In this document: one piece after another, positions 10,415 through 22,636 of the stretch | How positions within the stretch are numbered: position 1 is the stretch's first letter | Layout of the letters: every line of letters begins with the position of its first letter | Assembly (NCBI RefSeq): GCF_036170395.1 | Contig: NZ_JAVHPD010000012.1 | Coordinates: 13,337-77,336 of the forward strand | DNA: 64,000 nt | Origin: Sphingobium sp. | GTDB taxonomy: Bacteria; Pseudomonadota; Alphaproteobacteria; Sphingomonadales; Sphingomonadaceae | Direction: 5' to 3' | Notes under the pieces: model-generated | Told to the model about the DNA's origin: nothing | The model's database searches: none | Seen by the model: the letters and a program-made list of their open reading frames with translations, nothing else | Position numbers and translations under genes: made by a program

Positions 10415-11692
10415 TCATGCCGTTTCGCGGGCGACCTCGCGCCAGCCGATATCGCGGCGGCAGAAGCCCGATGGGAAATCGATCGCATCGACGGCCGCAT
10501 AGGCGGCCGCCTGGGCGGCGCTGACGCTGTCGCCGGTCGCGGTGACGTTCAGCACCCGGCCGCCACTGGCAACCAGTGCCCCGTTCCGATCAGCGGTGCC
10601 GGCGTGAAAGACTCTGGCCCCCTGCGCTTCTGCCGCCTTGATGCCAGCGATCGTGCCGCCCTTTTCCGGCGTGCCGGGATAGCCCTTCGCCGCCATGACG
10701 ACCGTCAACGCCGTGCGGTCGGCCAGCGCCACAGGCCCTTGCTCCGCCAGCCGCCCTTGCGCCACGGCCAGCAGCAGCTCGACCAGATCGCCGTCGAAGC
10801 GCATCATCAGCACCTGGCATTCCGGGTCGCCGAAGCGGGCATTATATTCGATCAGCTTGGGGCCTGCGTCGGTCAGCATCAGCCCGGCATAGAGCACGCC
10901 CGAATAGGGCGTCCCCTCCGCCGCCATCGTTTCGACCGTGGGGCGGATGATAGTGTCGATGACCTGCGCTTCCATTTCGGCGGTCAGCACGCGCGCCGGG
11001 CTATAGGCGCCCATGCCGCCGGTATTGGGACCGATGTCGCCGTCCCCTACCCGTTTATGATCCTGCGCCGACCCGAAGGGCAGGATGGCGGTGCCGTCGG
11101 TCAGGGCGAAGAAACTCGCTTCCTCGCCGGTCATAAACTCTTCCAGCACCACTTCCTCGCCCGCCGCGCCGAACGCGCCGGAGAACATGGAGTCGAGCGC
11201 GTCGAGCGCCTGCTCGCGGGTTTCGGCGATGATGACGCCCTTGCCCGCAGCCAACCCGTCCGCCTTGATGACGACGGGCAGCGCGAAATCGTCGAGCGCG
11301 GCGATCGCGCCATCCTTGCTGGTGACGCGGACATAGGCGGCGGTGGGGATGTTCGCGCGCTTGCACAGATCCTTGGTGAAGCCCTTGGACCCTTCGAGCT
11401 GCGCGGCCTTCTTGTTGGGGCCGAACACCGGCACCCCCATCGTGCGGAGATTGTCGGCGAGGCCGTCGACCAGCGGCGCTTCCGGCCCGATCACGACCAG
11501 GCCGATCGAGTGGCGCGTGCAGAAATCGAGCACCGCGCGATGATCCGTGGCGTCAAGGTCGACCAGTTGCGCATGCTGGGCTATGCCGGGATTGCCCGGC
11601 GCGGCATAGAGGGTCGAAAGCCGGGGCGATTGCGCCAGCTTCCACGCCAGCGCATGTTCGCGGCCGCCGCCGCCCAGCAGAAGGATGTTCAT
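10415..11692 (-). CDS. purD: Phosphoribosylamine-glycine ligase
   Basis: [42 protein letters not shown] and [10 protein letters not shown]. Confidence 0.97.
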   Translation of the reverse strand: MNILLLGGGGREHALAWKLAQSPRLSTLYAAPGNPGIAQHAQLVDLDATDHRAVLDFCTRHSIGLVVIGPEAPLVDGLADNLRTMGVPVFGPNKKAAQLEGSKGFTKDLCKRANIPTAAYVRVTSKDGAIAALDDFALPVVIKADGLAAGKGVIIAETREQALDALDSMFSGAFGAAGEEVVLEEFMTGEEASFFALTDGTAILPFGSAQDHKRVGDGDIGPNTGGMGAYSPARVLTAEMEAQVIDTIIRPTVETMAAEGTPYSGVLYAGLMLTDAGPKLIEYNARFGDPECQVLMMRFDGDLVELLLAVAQGRLAEQGPVALADRTALTVVMAAKGYPGTPEKGGTIAGIKAAEAQGARVFHAGTADRNGALVASGGRVLNVTATGDSVSAAQAAAYAAVDAIDFPSGFCRRDIGWREVARETA

Positions 11693-11699
11693 CTCGCCC

Positions 11700-13190
11700 A
11701 TGTCCCCGGAATATGACGCCTATGACAGTTCGGGCCGCCTGTTAGCCGAGGAGCGCGCCGGCGACAACGCGCCGCCGCTGACCGTCAGCGAATTGTCGGC
11801 GTCGCTCAAACGCACGGTTGAGGACCGGTTCGGCCATGTCCGGCTGCGCGGCGAGATTTCGGGGTATAAGCGGGCGGCGTCGGGGCATCTCTATCTTTGT
11901 CTCAAGGACGACAACGCCGTCATCGACGGGGTGATGTGGAAGGGCGGGGCGCAGCGCCTCGCCTTTGCCGCGCAGGACGGGGTGGAGGTGATCGCCACCG
12001 GCAAGCTCACCACCTATCCCGGCCGCTCCAAATATCAGATCGTGATCGAGCGGATGGAGCTGGCGGGCGAAGGCGCGCTGATGGCGCTGCTGGAGAAGCT
12101 CAAGGCCAAGCTGGCGGCCGAGGGGCTGTTCGCGTCGGAGCGGAAGAAGCCGCTGCCCTTCCTGCCGCGCACCATCGGCGTGGTGACATCGCCCACCGGC
12201 GCGGTGATCCGCGACATATTGCATCGCCTGTCGGATCGCTGCCCGACCGACGTGCTGGTCTGGCCCGTGCTGGTGCAGGGAGCCGGCGCGGCGGAGCAGG
12301 TGGCGCGGGCGGTGCGCGGCTTTTCGGCGATGGACGGCAGCGGCCCTTTGCGCCGGCCCGATCTGGTGATCGTCGCGCGCGGCGGCGGATCGATCGAGGA
12401 TCTGTGGAGCTTCAACGAGGAGATCGTCGTCCGCGCCGTGGCCGACTGCACCATCCCGATCATCTCGGCGGTGGGGCATGAGACCGACACGACTTTGTGC
12501 GACCACGCCGCCGATCGCCGCGCGCCGACCCCCACCGCCGCCGCCGAGATGGCGGTGCCGGTGCGCGCGGAGCTGCTGGCGGGACTTACCGAAATGGGCC
12601 TGCGGTCGGGGCGGGCGGTGCGGCGCAGCGCGGCGCAGGCGCGCGAACGGCTGGAGATGCAGGCGCGGCTGATGCCGACGCCCGACACGCTGCTGAGCCC
12701 CCAGCGGCAGCGGCTCGACCAGCTATCGGACGCGCTGGCAGGGGGGCTGCGCCACCGGCTGGCGGAGGCACGCGCGCATCTGAGCGAGGCCGGCGCGGCG
12801 CTGCGCCCGCCCTTGCTGCGGCAGCATCTCCATCGCGCGACCGAGCGGCTGGACCGGTTGCGGCTGCGGCCCGACTATCTGACGCGGGCGCATCGCGACT
12901 GCGCCACCGCCTTCGACCGGGTGGCGCGCCATTTCGCCTCGCTCGATCCCGACCTGCCGCTGCAGCGCGGCTATGCGCGGGTAATGGCGGGCGGGCACCT
13001 CGTCGCGTCGGTCGATGCCGCCCGGACGGCGGGCGACGTGGTGCTGCATTTCCGCGACGGGACGGTCGGGGCGCGGGTGGGCGACGCCGCGCCACCGCTT
13101 GAGACACTGGCTGCGCCCGCTATATCTCCTCCCCGTCCGGCGCGCAGGGCTCGCGGTCCCGAAGAGGGGCAGCAGGATCTGTTCTCCTGA
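11700..13190 (+). CDS. xseA: Exodeoxyribonuclease VII large subunit
   Basis: OB-fold [46 protein letters not shown] and PTPTAAAE. Confidence 0.95.
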   Translation: MSPEYDAYDSSGRLLAEERAGDNAPPLTVSELSASLKRTVEDRFGHVRLRGEISGYKRAASGHLYLCLKDDNAVIDGVMWKGGAQRLAFAAQDGVEVIATGKLTTYPGRSKYQIVIERMELAGEGALMALLEKLKAKLAAEGLFASERKKPLPFLPRTIGVVTSPTGAVIRDILHRLSDRCPTDVLVWPVLVQGAGAAEQVARAVRGFSAMDGSGPLRRPDLVIVARGGGSIEDLWSFNEEIVVRAVADCTIPIISAVGHETDTTLCDHAADRRAPTPTAAAEMAVPVRAELLAGLTEMGLRSGRAVRRSAAQARERLEMQARLMPTPDTLLSPQRQRLDQLSDALAGGLRHRLAEARAHLSEAGAALRPPLLRQHLHRATERLDRLRLRPDYLTRAHRDCATAFDRVARHFASLDPDLPLQRGYARVMAGGHLVASVDAARTAGDVVLHFRDGTVGARVGDAAPPLETLAAPAISPPRPARRARGPEEGQQDLFS

Positions 13191-13209
13191 CGCGCAGAAA
13201 GGCCGCCTC

Positions 13210-13419
13210 ATGCTGATGTCCAATAGCGACCGGATCGCCCGGCTCCATTATATGCCCTACAGCTTCCGCGTGTTGCAGGCGGGCGACCATGTGCTCTGCG
13301 CGGTGACGGGGCAGAGGATCGCGCTAGACCATCTGCGCTACTGGAGCATCGCGCGGCAGGAAGCCTATGCCAGCGCCGAGGCGTCGGTCGAGGCGGAGCG
13401 CCGAGCGGCACGCGGTTGA
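13210..13419 (+). CDS. Small conserved protein (DUF2093-like)
   Basis: GDHVLCAVTG..I.LD.LRYWS..RQEAY pattern. Commonly follows xseA in alphaproteobacteria. Confidence 0.75.
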   Translation: MLMSNSDRIARLHYMPYSFRVLQAGDHVLCAVTGQRIALDHLRYWSIARQEAYASAEASVEAERRAARG

Positions 13420-14255
13420 TGCGGAACGGGGTTGTCGCCGTTCTGCTCTGTGCGGCGGCGGGTGGCGCGATGGCGCAAGCGCCGGTCGCGCGCGACTTTC
13501 GCCTCGAAGGCCGCGCGGTGCAGGGCGGGGTGATGCTGGGGACTGCGCCGGCCGGCACGGCCGCGCTGAGCCTGGGCGGGCAGCCGGTGCCGATGGACGC
13601 GGACGGGCGCTTTCTGATCGCCTTCGATCGCGACGCCGCGCCGGTGGCGCTGCTCAGCGCGCGCACGAACGACGGGCAGGTTATCGAGCGGATGCTGGAT
13701 GTCGGCCCGCGCGCCTGGCGGATCGAGCGGATCAATGCGCCGCTTCGGCCGACGAAGGACAGCGCGGCCTTTCTGGCGCTGCGCCAGCCCGAACTGGCGG
13801 CAATCGCGGCGGCGCGGGCGACGGTGACGCAGGCGCAAGGGTGGCGGCAGCGCTTCGTCTGGCCTAGCATCGGGCGGATTTCGGGGCTGTTCGGGGCGCA
13901 GCGCGTCTATCAGGGGGTGCCGGGCGCCTATCATGGCGGGGTCGATGTCGCCGGCGCGACGGGAACGCCGGTGGTCGCGCCGGCCGACGGCGTGGTCATC
14001 CTGGCGGCAGCCGACAAGCCTTTCACGCTGGAAGGCCATCTGCTGATGATCGACCATGGCCATGGCCTCAACAGCGCCTTCCTGCATCTGTCGCGGATCG
14101 ACGTGAAGGTGGGGGAAGCGGTGCGGCAGGGCCAGCGCATCGGCGCGATCGGGGCAACGGGCCGCGCCACCGGGCCGCATCTCCACTGGGGGATGAAATG
14201 GAACGACGCGCGGATCGATCCGCTGCTGGTAGCGGGGGGGATGCCGGCGGGTTAG
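13419..14255 (+). CDS. M23 family metallopeptidase
   Basis: Signal peptide, HGGVD (HxxxD) and TGPHLHW (HxH). Confidence 0.9.
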   Translation: MRNGVVAVLLCAAAGGAMAQAPVARDFRLEGRAVQGGVMLGTAPAGTAALSLGGQPVPMDADGRFLIAFDRDAAPVALLSARTNDGQVIERMLDVGPRAWRIERINAPLRPTKDSAAFLALRQPELAAIAAARATVTQAQGWRQRFVWPSIGRISGLFGAQRVYQGVPGAYHGGVDVAGATGTPVVAPADGVVILAAADKPFTLEGHLLMIDHGHGLNSAFLHLSRIDVKVGEAVRQGQRIGAIGATGRATGPHLHWGMKWNDARIDPLLVAGGMPAG

Positions 14256-14316
14256 GGGTTCGCTGATATACTGGCGACTTGCCACCACATCCCCGATGTC
14301 GCTAAGCCGTTATTAA

Positions 14317-14333
14317 TTGTAATAATATTGCAA
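14317..14333. promoter_or_regulatory. Operator-like 7-3-7 inverted repeat upstream of the TonB-dependent receptor
   Basis: TTGTAAT-AAT-ATTGCAA (one mismatch) in an AT-rich promoter zone. Confidence 0.4.
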
Positions 14334-14542
14334 CAGCCTGACGTTCTCTCGAGACCAATGTGGTATTTATGCTACATGGTCGATTAAAAGATGCTCTCGT
14401 CCCTCTGTCTGGCTTTACACCGCCGATGAGCCCGCGCAGTTTCCGGCGATCCTTATGGGGGGATCGCTGTCGGGCACCATATCCCTTCATACGGCCATCG
14501 AAAGGCAGAGATCTGCCGAACTCCAGAGCAAGGGACTGGAAC

Positions 14543-17413
14543 GTGACAATATTTTCAAACAAGGCAATGCTGTTTGCCGGCGTTGCCCCGGCGATGCTTG
14601 GCGCATCGCTCATCGCCGGCCAGGCGATGGCGCAGGAACCCCCTCAGGCAGCCGATGCTGACGCTGCTGAAACAATCGTTGTTACTGGCTCGCGCATCGC
14701 GCGTCCCGACCTCAGCGCATCTGTGCCGGTCGCGGTCGTCAGTCAGGAGCAGATCACTCAGGCCGGCGCTGCCAACATTCAGGACGTGCTTGCCGACCTG
14801 CCTGCCGTTGGACAAAATATCAGCCGCACCTCGTCGAATTTTTCGACTACAGGTAACGGCGTAGCGACGGTGAACCTTCGCAACCTGGGTTCTTCTCGCA
14901 CGCTGGTTCTCGTCAACGGACGGCGATTCGTGGCCGGGCTTCCGGGCACGTCCATCGTCGACCTCAACACCATCCCCACCGACCTCATCAAGCAGGTTCA
15001 GGTTGTTACCGGCGGTGCATCGGCCGTCTACGGCTCGGAAGCCATTTCGGGCGTGGTTAACTTCATTCTTGACGACAAGTTCGAAGGCCTGCGGTTTCAC
15101 GGGCAGAACACGCTCAGCGACGAAGGCGATGCCGGACGTTATCTGGCGACCGTCACCGGTGGCATCTCCTTTGGCGGAGGTCGCGGGCATATCGTCGTCA
15201 ACGGCAGCTATGATCGGGACAAAGGCTTGCGGTCGAAGGATCGCGACTATTCCGACACTGACATCCCTAACCGCAGTTCCTTCGCCTCCCAGGGCCTCTT
15301 CAGCCCCAGTGGCACGTTCGCGACGGGGCCCAGCACCTTCACCTTCGGACCGGGCAATGTGCTGAAATCCTATCAGGGCGCCAACATCGACGGGTATAAC
15401 CGGAACCAGGACCGCTATCTTGGGCTTCCGGTTGAGCGTTACCTAGCGACCGGTCTAGCGAGCTATGAACTGACCGACAACGTAACTCTGTTCAGCGAAG
15501 TGACCTACGCCAAGAGCAAGTCGCGCTCGCGGCTGGAGCCGCAAGCAGTCGCCAATACCGATCTGACCAACGCCGATGGCAGCGGCTATGAAGGCATTCC
15601 GATCACCAACCCGTTCATCCCGACCGCGATCCGCGATGCTATGGTGGCGGCTGGTGTGACGTCTTTGCCCTTCCGCCGTCGCTCAAACGATATTTTCGAC
15701 CGCAGCAACAAGAATGATCGTGAGACTTGGCGCGTCGTTGGCGGCCTGCGGGGCACTGTCGCAGAAAAGTTCAATTACGAACTTTACTACACCCACGGCG
15801 AAACGAAGGACTATACCCGCTCGGGAACGATCCTCGGCCCGCAATATGTGAACGCCCTCAACGCCGTAGCCGGCCCCAATGGCCCGGTCTGCAGCATCAA
15901 CGTGGATGCCGACCCGTCTAATAACGATCCTGCCTGCGTTCCGATCAACATATTTGGGGCGAACACTGCCTCGGCCGCCGCTGCCGCCTATGTAACCAAT
16001 AATGGCCAGCTGTCGACGTACCGGGCGAAGGTGAAGCAGGATGTGTTTTCCGCCTCGGTCTCGGGCGAATTGTTCGAACTTCCTGGTGGTGCGCTCAGCA
16101 TCGCGACCGGTTTTGAATATCGTCGGGAGTCGAGCACCGAGGATTTCGACGAGGCAACTAACCTTGGCCTTACGCTGGGCAATCTTCTGACCGACACGCG
16201 CGGCAAATATAATGTCAAGGAAGGCTTCATCGAAGTTCTCGCGCCGATCCTTTCGGAGCGCCCCTTCTTCCATTATCTGGGACTTGAAGGCGCTGTCCGC
16301 TACGCCGATTACTCGACGGTCGGCGGCGTCTGGAGCTGGAAGGCGGGTGGCGAATGGGCCCCTGTTCCTGACCTGCGATTCCGCGGCATCTACTCCGAAG
16401 CAACCCGCGCGCCCAACATCTCCGAACTGTTCTCTGCGCAGAGCGAGACCTTCCCGGCGGTTGTCGATCCGTGCGACCAGTCGGAAGGCAATGGCGATGG
16501 GGCTCCGATAAGCATTCCTGCCGCTTCGCTGCCAGCAGCCTGTCGCGCCAATCCCGCCATCGCCGCAGCTGCGGCCGCTGGCGGTTTCACCTACACGACG
16601 GCGCAAATTCAAACGATCAACGGCTTCGTGGGCGGTAACCCGGACCTCACCGAGGAAACCGCTAAGACGTTGACGCTGGGTGCAGTTTTCACGCCGAGCT
16701 TCCTGCGCGGTTTGAATATCACCGTCGATTATTACCGTATCAAGGTGAAGGACGCGATCGGTATCATCGGGCAGCAGACGTCGCTGGATGAGTGCATCAC
16801 CGGTGGCGGCGAAGCACTGTTCTGCGACAATATCACGCGCGATGCGACCGGCCGCGTTACTCAAGTCGACGCCTTCAACCTGAACACTGGTTCGTTCCTC
16901 GTTTCGGGTATCGATACCCAGGTTGGCTACACCGCCAGGTTTGGGGAGTCGGGCAAGTTCGATCTGACGGCCCGATGGACGCATCTGCTCAAGCAGGAGC
17001 AGACCTCCTTCCCCGGCGGTCCCACGCAGAAGGAAGTCGGTCAGCTCGATTGCTATAGCTGCGGTCGTCTCGGCACTGGCTTCCGTGACAAGGTGAACGT
17101 CTCGGCGACGGTCGGCGTGAACAATGTTTCGCTCAACTGGCGCGTGAACTATCTGTCGTCGGTCCGCGATGACATCACCGATCCGGATGCCACTCGCACT
17201 GGTGCTTACTGGTACCACGATGCCCAGCTCCGGTTCGGACTGGACGAGAAGAAGACTTACGAATTCTATCTCGGCGTGGATAACGTCTTCGACAAGAAGC
17301 CGCCGGTGTTTGGCGACACCAACCCGGTGACCTTCCCGGGCACTCAGACGTCGGCGAACACATACGATCTCTATGGCCGTATGTTCTACGCAGGTGTTGA
17401 TTTCCGCTTCTGA
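14543..17413 (+). CDS. TonB-dependent outer-membrane receptor
   Basis: Signal peptide, TonB box ETIVVTGSRI, plug motifs NLRNLGSSRTLVLVNGRR and GGASAVYGSEAISGVVNFI, and a C-terminal aromatic DFRF. Start uncertain (GTG 14543 after aaggga, or ATG 14567). Confidence 0.93.
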   Translation: MTIFSNKAMLFAGVAPAMLGASLIAGQAMAQEPPQAADADAAETIVVTGSRIARPDLSASVPVAVVSQEQITQAGAANIQDVLADLPAVGQNISRTSSNFSTTGNGVATVNLRNLGSSRTLVLVNGRRFVAGLPGTSIVDLNTIPTDLIKQVQVVTGGASAVYGSEAISGVVNFILDDKFEGLRFHGQNTLSDEGDAGRYLATVTGGISFGGGRGHIVVNGSYDRDKGLRSKDRDYSDTDIPNRSSFASQGLFSPSGTFATGPSTFTFGPGNVLKSYQGANIDGYNRNQDRYLGLPVERYLATGLASYELTDNVTLFSEVTYAKSKSRSRLEPQAVANTDLTNADGSGYEGIPITNPFIPTAIRDAMVAAGVTSLPFRRRSNDIFDRSNKNDRETWRVVGGLRGTVAEKFNYELYYTHGETKDYTRSGTILGPQYVNALNAVAGPNGPVCSINVDADPSNNDPACVPINIFGANTASAAAAAYVTNNGQLSTYRAKVKQDVFSASVSGELFELPGGALSIATGFEYRRESSTEDFDEATNLGLTLGNLLTDTRGKYNVKEGFIEVLAPILSERPFFHYLGLEGAVRYADYSTVGGVWSWKAGGEWAPVPDLRFRGIYSEATRAPNISELFSAQSETFPAVVDPCDQSEGNGDGAPISIPAASLPAACRANPAIAAAAAAGGFTYTTAQIQTINGFVGGNPDLTEETAKTLTLGAVFTPSFLRGLNITVDYYRIKVKDAIGIIGQQTSLDECITGGGEALFCDNITRDATGRVTQVDAFNLNTGSFLVSGIDTQVGYTARFGESGKFDLTARWTHLLKQEQTSFPGGPTQKEVGQLDCYSCGRLGTGFRDKVNVSATVGVNNVSLNWRVNYLSSVRDDITDPDATRTGAYWYHDAQLRFGLDEKKTYEFYLGVDNVFDKKPPVFGDTNPVTFPGTQTSANTYDLYGRMFYAGVDFRF

Positions 17414-17440
17414 TTCATCAAAAGGCGAATGGGTAAAAAG

Positions 17441-17470
17441 AAAGGCGGCTCCTAAGGAGCCGCCTTTTTT
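17441..17470. terminator. Intrinsic, probably bidirectional, terminator between convergent genes
   Basis: aaaggcggctcc-taa-ggagccgccttt flanked by A and T runs. Confidence 0.8.
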
Positions 17471-17474
17471 GTCA

Positions 17475-18593
17475 TCAACCAAGCACGTCGGTCAGAACCC
17501 GTCGCCAGTTTTCCCCCATTATTTTGTCGCATTCCCTTGGTGAGAAGCCAGCGGCGTCGAGCGCGCGAGCGATCGATGCCATCCGATCGATCCTGTTCAG
17601 TTCGGGGATGACGACATGCTCGGGTGTCCATTCGAAGCCGGCAATCCCCAACCCGCGCATCGCGCGCCACCAGGCGAGATATTCTTTCACCCCCTCCCTA
17701 TTGTCGTTGTTCAGCTTAGCTAGGTTGGGCTGTCCAGCCATGGGAAAGTCGTTCGAAATCCCGACCGCCTCCACGCCTGCGATGTTCACGACATGACGTA
17801 TCTGAGCGATCAGATGCTCGACGGCTGGGACGGACGCGCGAGTCAGCCAGAAGCTCATCATGAAAATGCCCATCATGCCGCCTTTATCGGCGATGGCGCG
17901 AATGACTGCGTCCGAAGCGCAGCGAGGATGATCGACAATTGCCTTGCAAGCGCCGTGCGAAAGAAGAATCGGTGTCGTGCTGCGTTGGGCAGCTTCAAGC
18001 ATCGTCGGTTCAGAGCCATGCGAAACGTCTGGGACGATGCCGACCCGATTCATCTCCGCTAGTCCTTCAATGCCGAGCGGCGTCAGCCCGCTCCATCGGC
18101 TTTCCAAAGCCCCGCCAGCGAAGAGATTATCATTGTGGTGCGTGAACTGAAGGACGCGCAAGCCTCGTCGATGAAAATCCGCAATGCGGGAAATATCTTT
18201 GCCGACCGGCTCGCAGGACTGGAACTGAAGAAAGATCGCGCAACCGCTTTTGCGGCCGATGTCGGACCCTCGGTAAGCGATGTAGGCATAGGGGCTGGAC
18301 GCGAGACGAGCGACGGCAGCGTCCAATGCAGCGCTGCATTTCGCAAAGGTGCGAAGATAGCGCGGAACGCCCCCCGCATCGCGCACCTCTTCGACTTCTG
18401 ACACGTCGCACACCATGCCATTTAGGCCCGCCCGTTGGATGTCCGCCAAGTCCTCCGGCAGAAAACTGAGGCCATCCATGTAGGAGCGGGGCTTGGGCGG
18501 CGTCACCGTGGCGCATCCTCCCGCAGCAAACGCCATGCTGCTTGCCGCGAGGAATGATCTGCGGGTCAGGCTGTTGAAAGCGGTTGACGACAT
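17475..18593 (-). CDS. Membrane dipeptidase (M19, amidohydrolase fold) with a twin-arginine signal
   Basis: TRRSFL Tat motif, then GLRVLQFTHH, GLTPLG, NRVGIVPDVSH, SHG..A...HPR...D...AIADKGG and VGISNDF. Confidence 0.85.
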   Translation of the reverse strand: MSSTAFNSLTRRSFLAASSMAFAAGGCATVTPPKPRSYMDGLSFLPEDLADIQRAGLNGMVCDVSEVEEVRDAGGVPRYLRTFAKCSAALDAAVARLASSPYAYIAYRGSDIGRKSGCAIFLQFQSCEPVGKDISRIADFHRRGLRVLQFTHHNDNLFAGGALESRWSGLTPLGIEGLAEMNRVGIVPDVSHGSEPTMLEAAQRSTTPILLSHGACKAIVDHPRCASDAVIRAIADKGGMMGIFMMSFWLTRASVPAVEHLIAQIRHVVNIAGVEAVGISNDFPMAGQPNLAKLNNDNREGVKEYLAWWRAMRGLGIAGFEWTPEHVVIPELNRIDRMASIARALDAAGFSPRECDKIMGENWRRVLTDVLG

Positions 18594-18663
18594 GTTGAAG
18601 CTCCCCAATGGAAAGAGCGAGCCTACCGCTTAAGTGCAATTTTGCCAGCAGTCTCGCTGCCGA

Positions 18664-21243
<2,580 letters not shown>

Positions 21244-21271
21244 GGCGTCTCACTCTTTCCAGACGCCCAGC

Positions 21272-21299
21272 ATGTAGTGTTGCCGAAAAACAACACAAG
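21272..21299 (-). promoter_or_regulatory. Probable RpoH (sigma-32) promoter of clpB
   Basis: Minus strand CTTG-N18-CTACAT about 30 nt upstream of the clpB ATG resembles alphaproteobacterial heat-shock promoters. Confidence 0.5.
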
Positions 21300-21330
21300 G
21301 GTGGCGCAGAAATTTGCGCCAGTGGCGGCT

Positions 21331-22539
21331 TCAGCGGCGTGCCTGAAACTGGCTGAGGAATGTCGTGCCAAAAACGCGATCGTTCATCGCGCCATAGGGA
21401 TCGAAGGGCTTAACGGCCGCGATGTTGGTGAAGTCGTGACAGCCGGTCATATACCAATATTTGCGGGTGGTTTTCGTCCCGTCGCTGGTGGAGATGAGCT
21501 GCCGGTAATAACGCTCGCGCGGATTGTCCTCGATCTCGCCGGCGTGGAAATGCGGGGTAATCTGGCCAGCGATGGTCGCGGGTTTCGTGCAGCCGGGGGT
21601 GGTGTAGGCTTTGCGCGCCTGTCCCATCACATCCTTGCGCGCGTCTTCCGCCGACCAGTTTTCCCATCGGGTGACAAAGCCATATTCGCGGGTGAGGTAG
21701 GCATGTTCCGACCCTTGCGAGCCGCCAGGCGCATCCTTGGTCGGGCCGACGCGGGTGAAGGGGATTTGCAGGAGTGTGTCGAGCGTCATGGTCGGGCGAT
21801 CCTTCGATCCATATTGGAAGTCGATCCGCTTCCAGAACTGGATCGAGGGCGTCGGCGCGCGCTGCCCCCCGGGCGCAAGCCCCGCCGCGCCGGCGAAGTC
21901 AGGCCGGGGCGACTTAACGGTACGGCGCCCGAATATGCCCCAGCCGACCTTCCCCTTGGCCGGAATGGCGGCGGGGAAAGCCCAAGCGCCCATGAAGCGG
22001 CTCGCACCCGCCTTGCGCGGATCGGCAAAAGCCGGGCCGGTGGTGAGAAACCAGCTATTATGGTGATGCGCCCCGATAAGACTCGCGCCCTCGGGGCCGA
22101 TCGCAAGCAGGGTAGCGGTATCGCGGGCGTCGAAGCGGTTATACTGGCATGGCTGACCGACTGGGGGGTAATCCGTCCAGCCGGCAACCAGCGTATAGCG
22201 CCGCCCGCGCTCATCCGAGCCCGCCGTCCTGAGCGGCAAGGCGAAGCGTTGGGACTGCATAGCGGCGGCGCAGCCCTTTGCGCCCGGCAGCGGAAAATCG
22301 GCGTGGCGATAATAGAGGAGATCGCCCGGCCGAATGTCGCGCTGCCGCCCGCCGGGACATCGGGGCGGAATGCCGGCGATCGCGCGATCATTGCCGTCGA
22401 CGCAGACATTCATCAGCATATAGTCGGCGATAGTGCCGGCCGCGCTGGAGGGGGGCGCCGCCCCAACGCCCGGACCGGACTGGGCTAGTCCAAGGAACAG
22501 CAGCAACGCGCCCGAGCGCGTCAGCACAACATGATTCAT
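21331..22539 (-). CDS. Hypothetical secreted protein, 402 aa, family not recognised
   Basis: Long ORF with a signal-peptide-like N-terminus, several Cys and natural-looking composition. It fills the gap between clpB and the next gene. Confidence 0.7.
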   Translation of the reverse strand: MNHVVLTRSGALLLFLGLAQSGPGVGAAPPSSAAGTIADYMLMNVCVDGNDRAIAGIPPRCPGGRQRDIRPGDLLYYRHADFPLPGAKGCAAAMQSQRFALPLRTAGSDERGRRYTLVAGWTDYPPVGQPCQYNRFDARDTATLLAIGPEGASLIGAHHHNSWFLTTGPAFADPRKAGASRFMGAWAFPAAIPAKGKVGWGIFGRRTVKSPRPDFAGAAGLAPGGQRAPTPSIQFWKRIDFQYGSKDRPTMTLDTLLQIPFTRVGPTKDAPGGSQGSEHAYLTREYGFVTRWENWSAEDARKDVMGQARKAYTTPGCTKPATIAGQITPHFHAGEIEDNPRERYYRQLISTSDGTKTTRKYWYMTGCHDFTNIAAVKPFDPYGAMNDRVFGTTFLSQFQARR

Positions 22540-22636
22540 CCGATCGTCTCCCGCAAGCCGGTCAGCGTGGGCAACGCTCCCTGTTACCGCCTGTTCCGGG
22601 AACGGGCGATGAACGGCGGGGCGACTGAGGCGTCGG

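Noticed and set aside
14360-14542. Long N-terminal extension of the TBDR
   Set aside because: Not signal-peptide-like. The RBS and signal peptide fit GTG 14543 or ATG 14567.
15683-17482. 599-aa antisense ORF over the TBDR, and similar long shadow ORFs (5418-7127, 22658-24535, 53278-55158, 57291-59555, 61444-62970)
   Set aside because: These are antisense or alternate-frame shadows of well-supported genes, expected in high-GC DNA, and carry no motifs.
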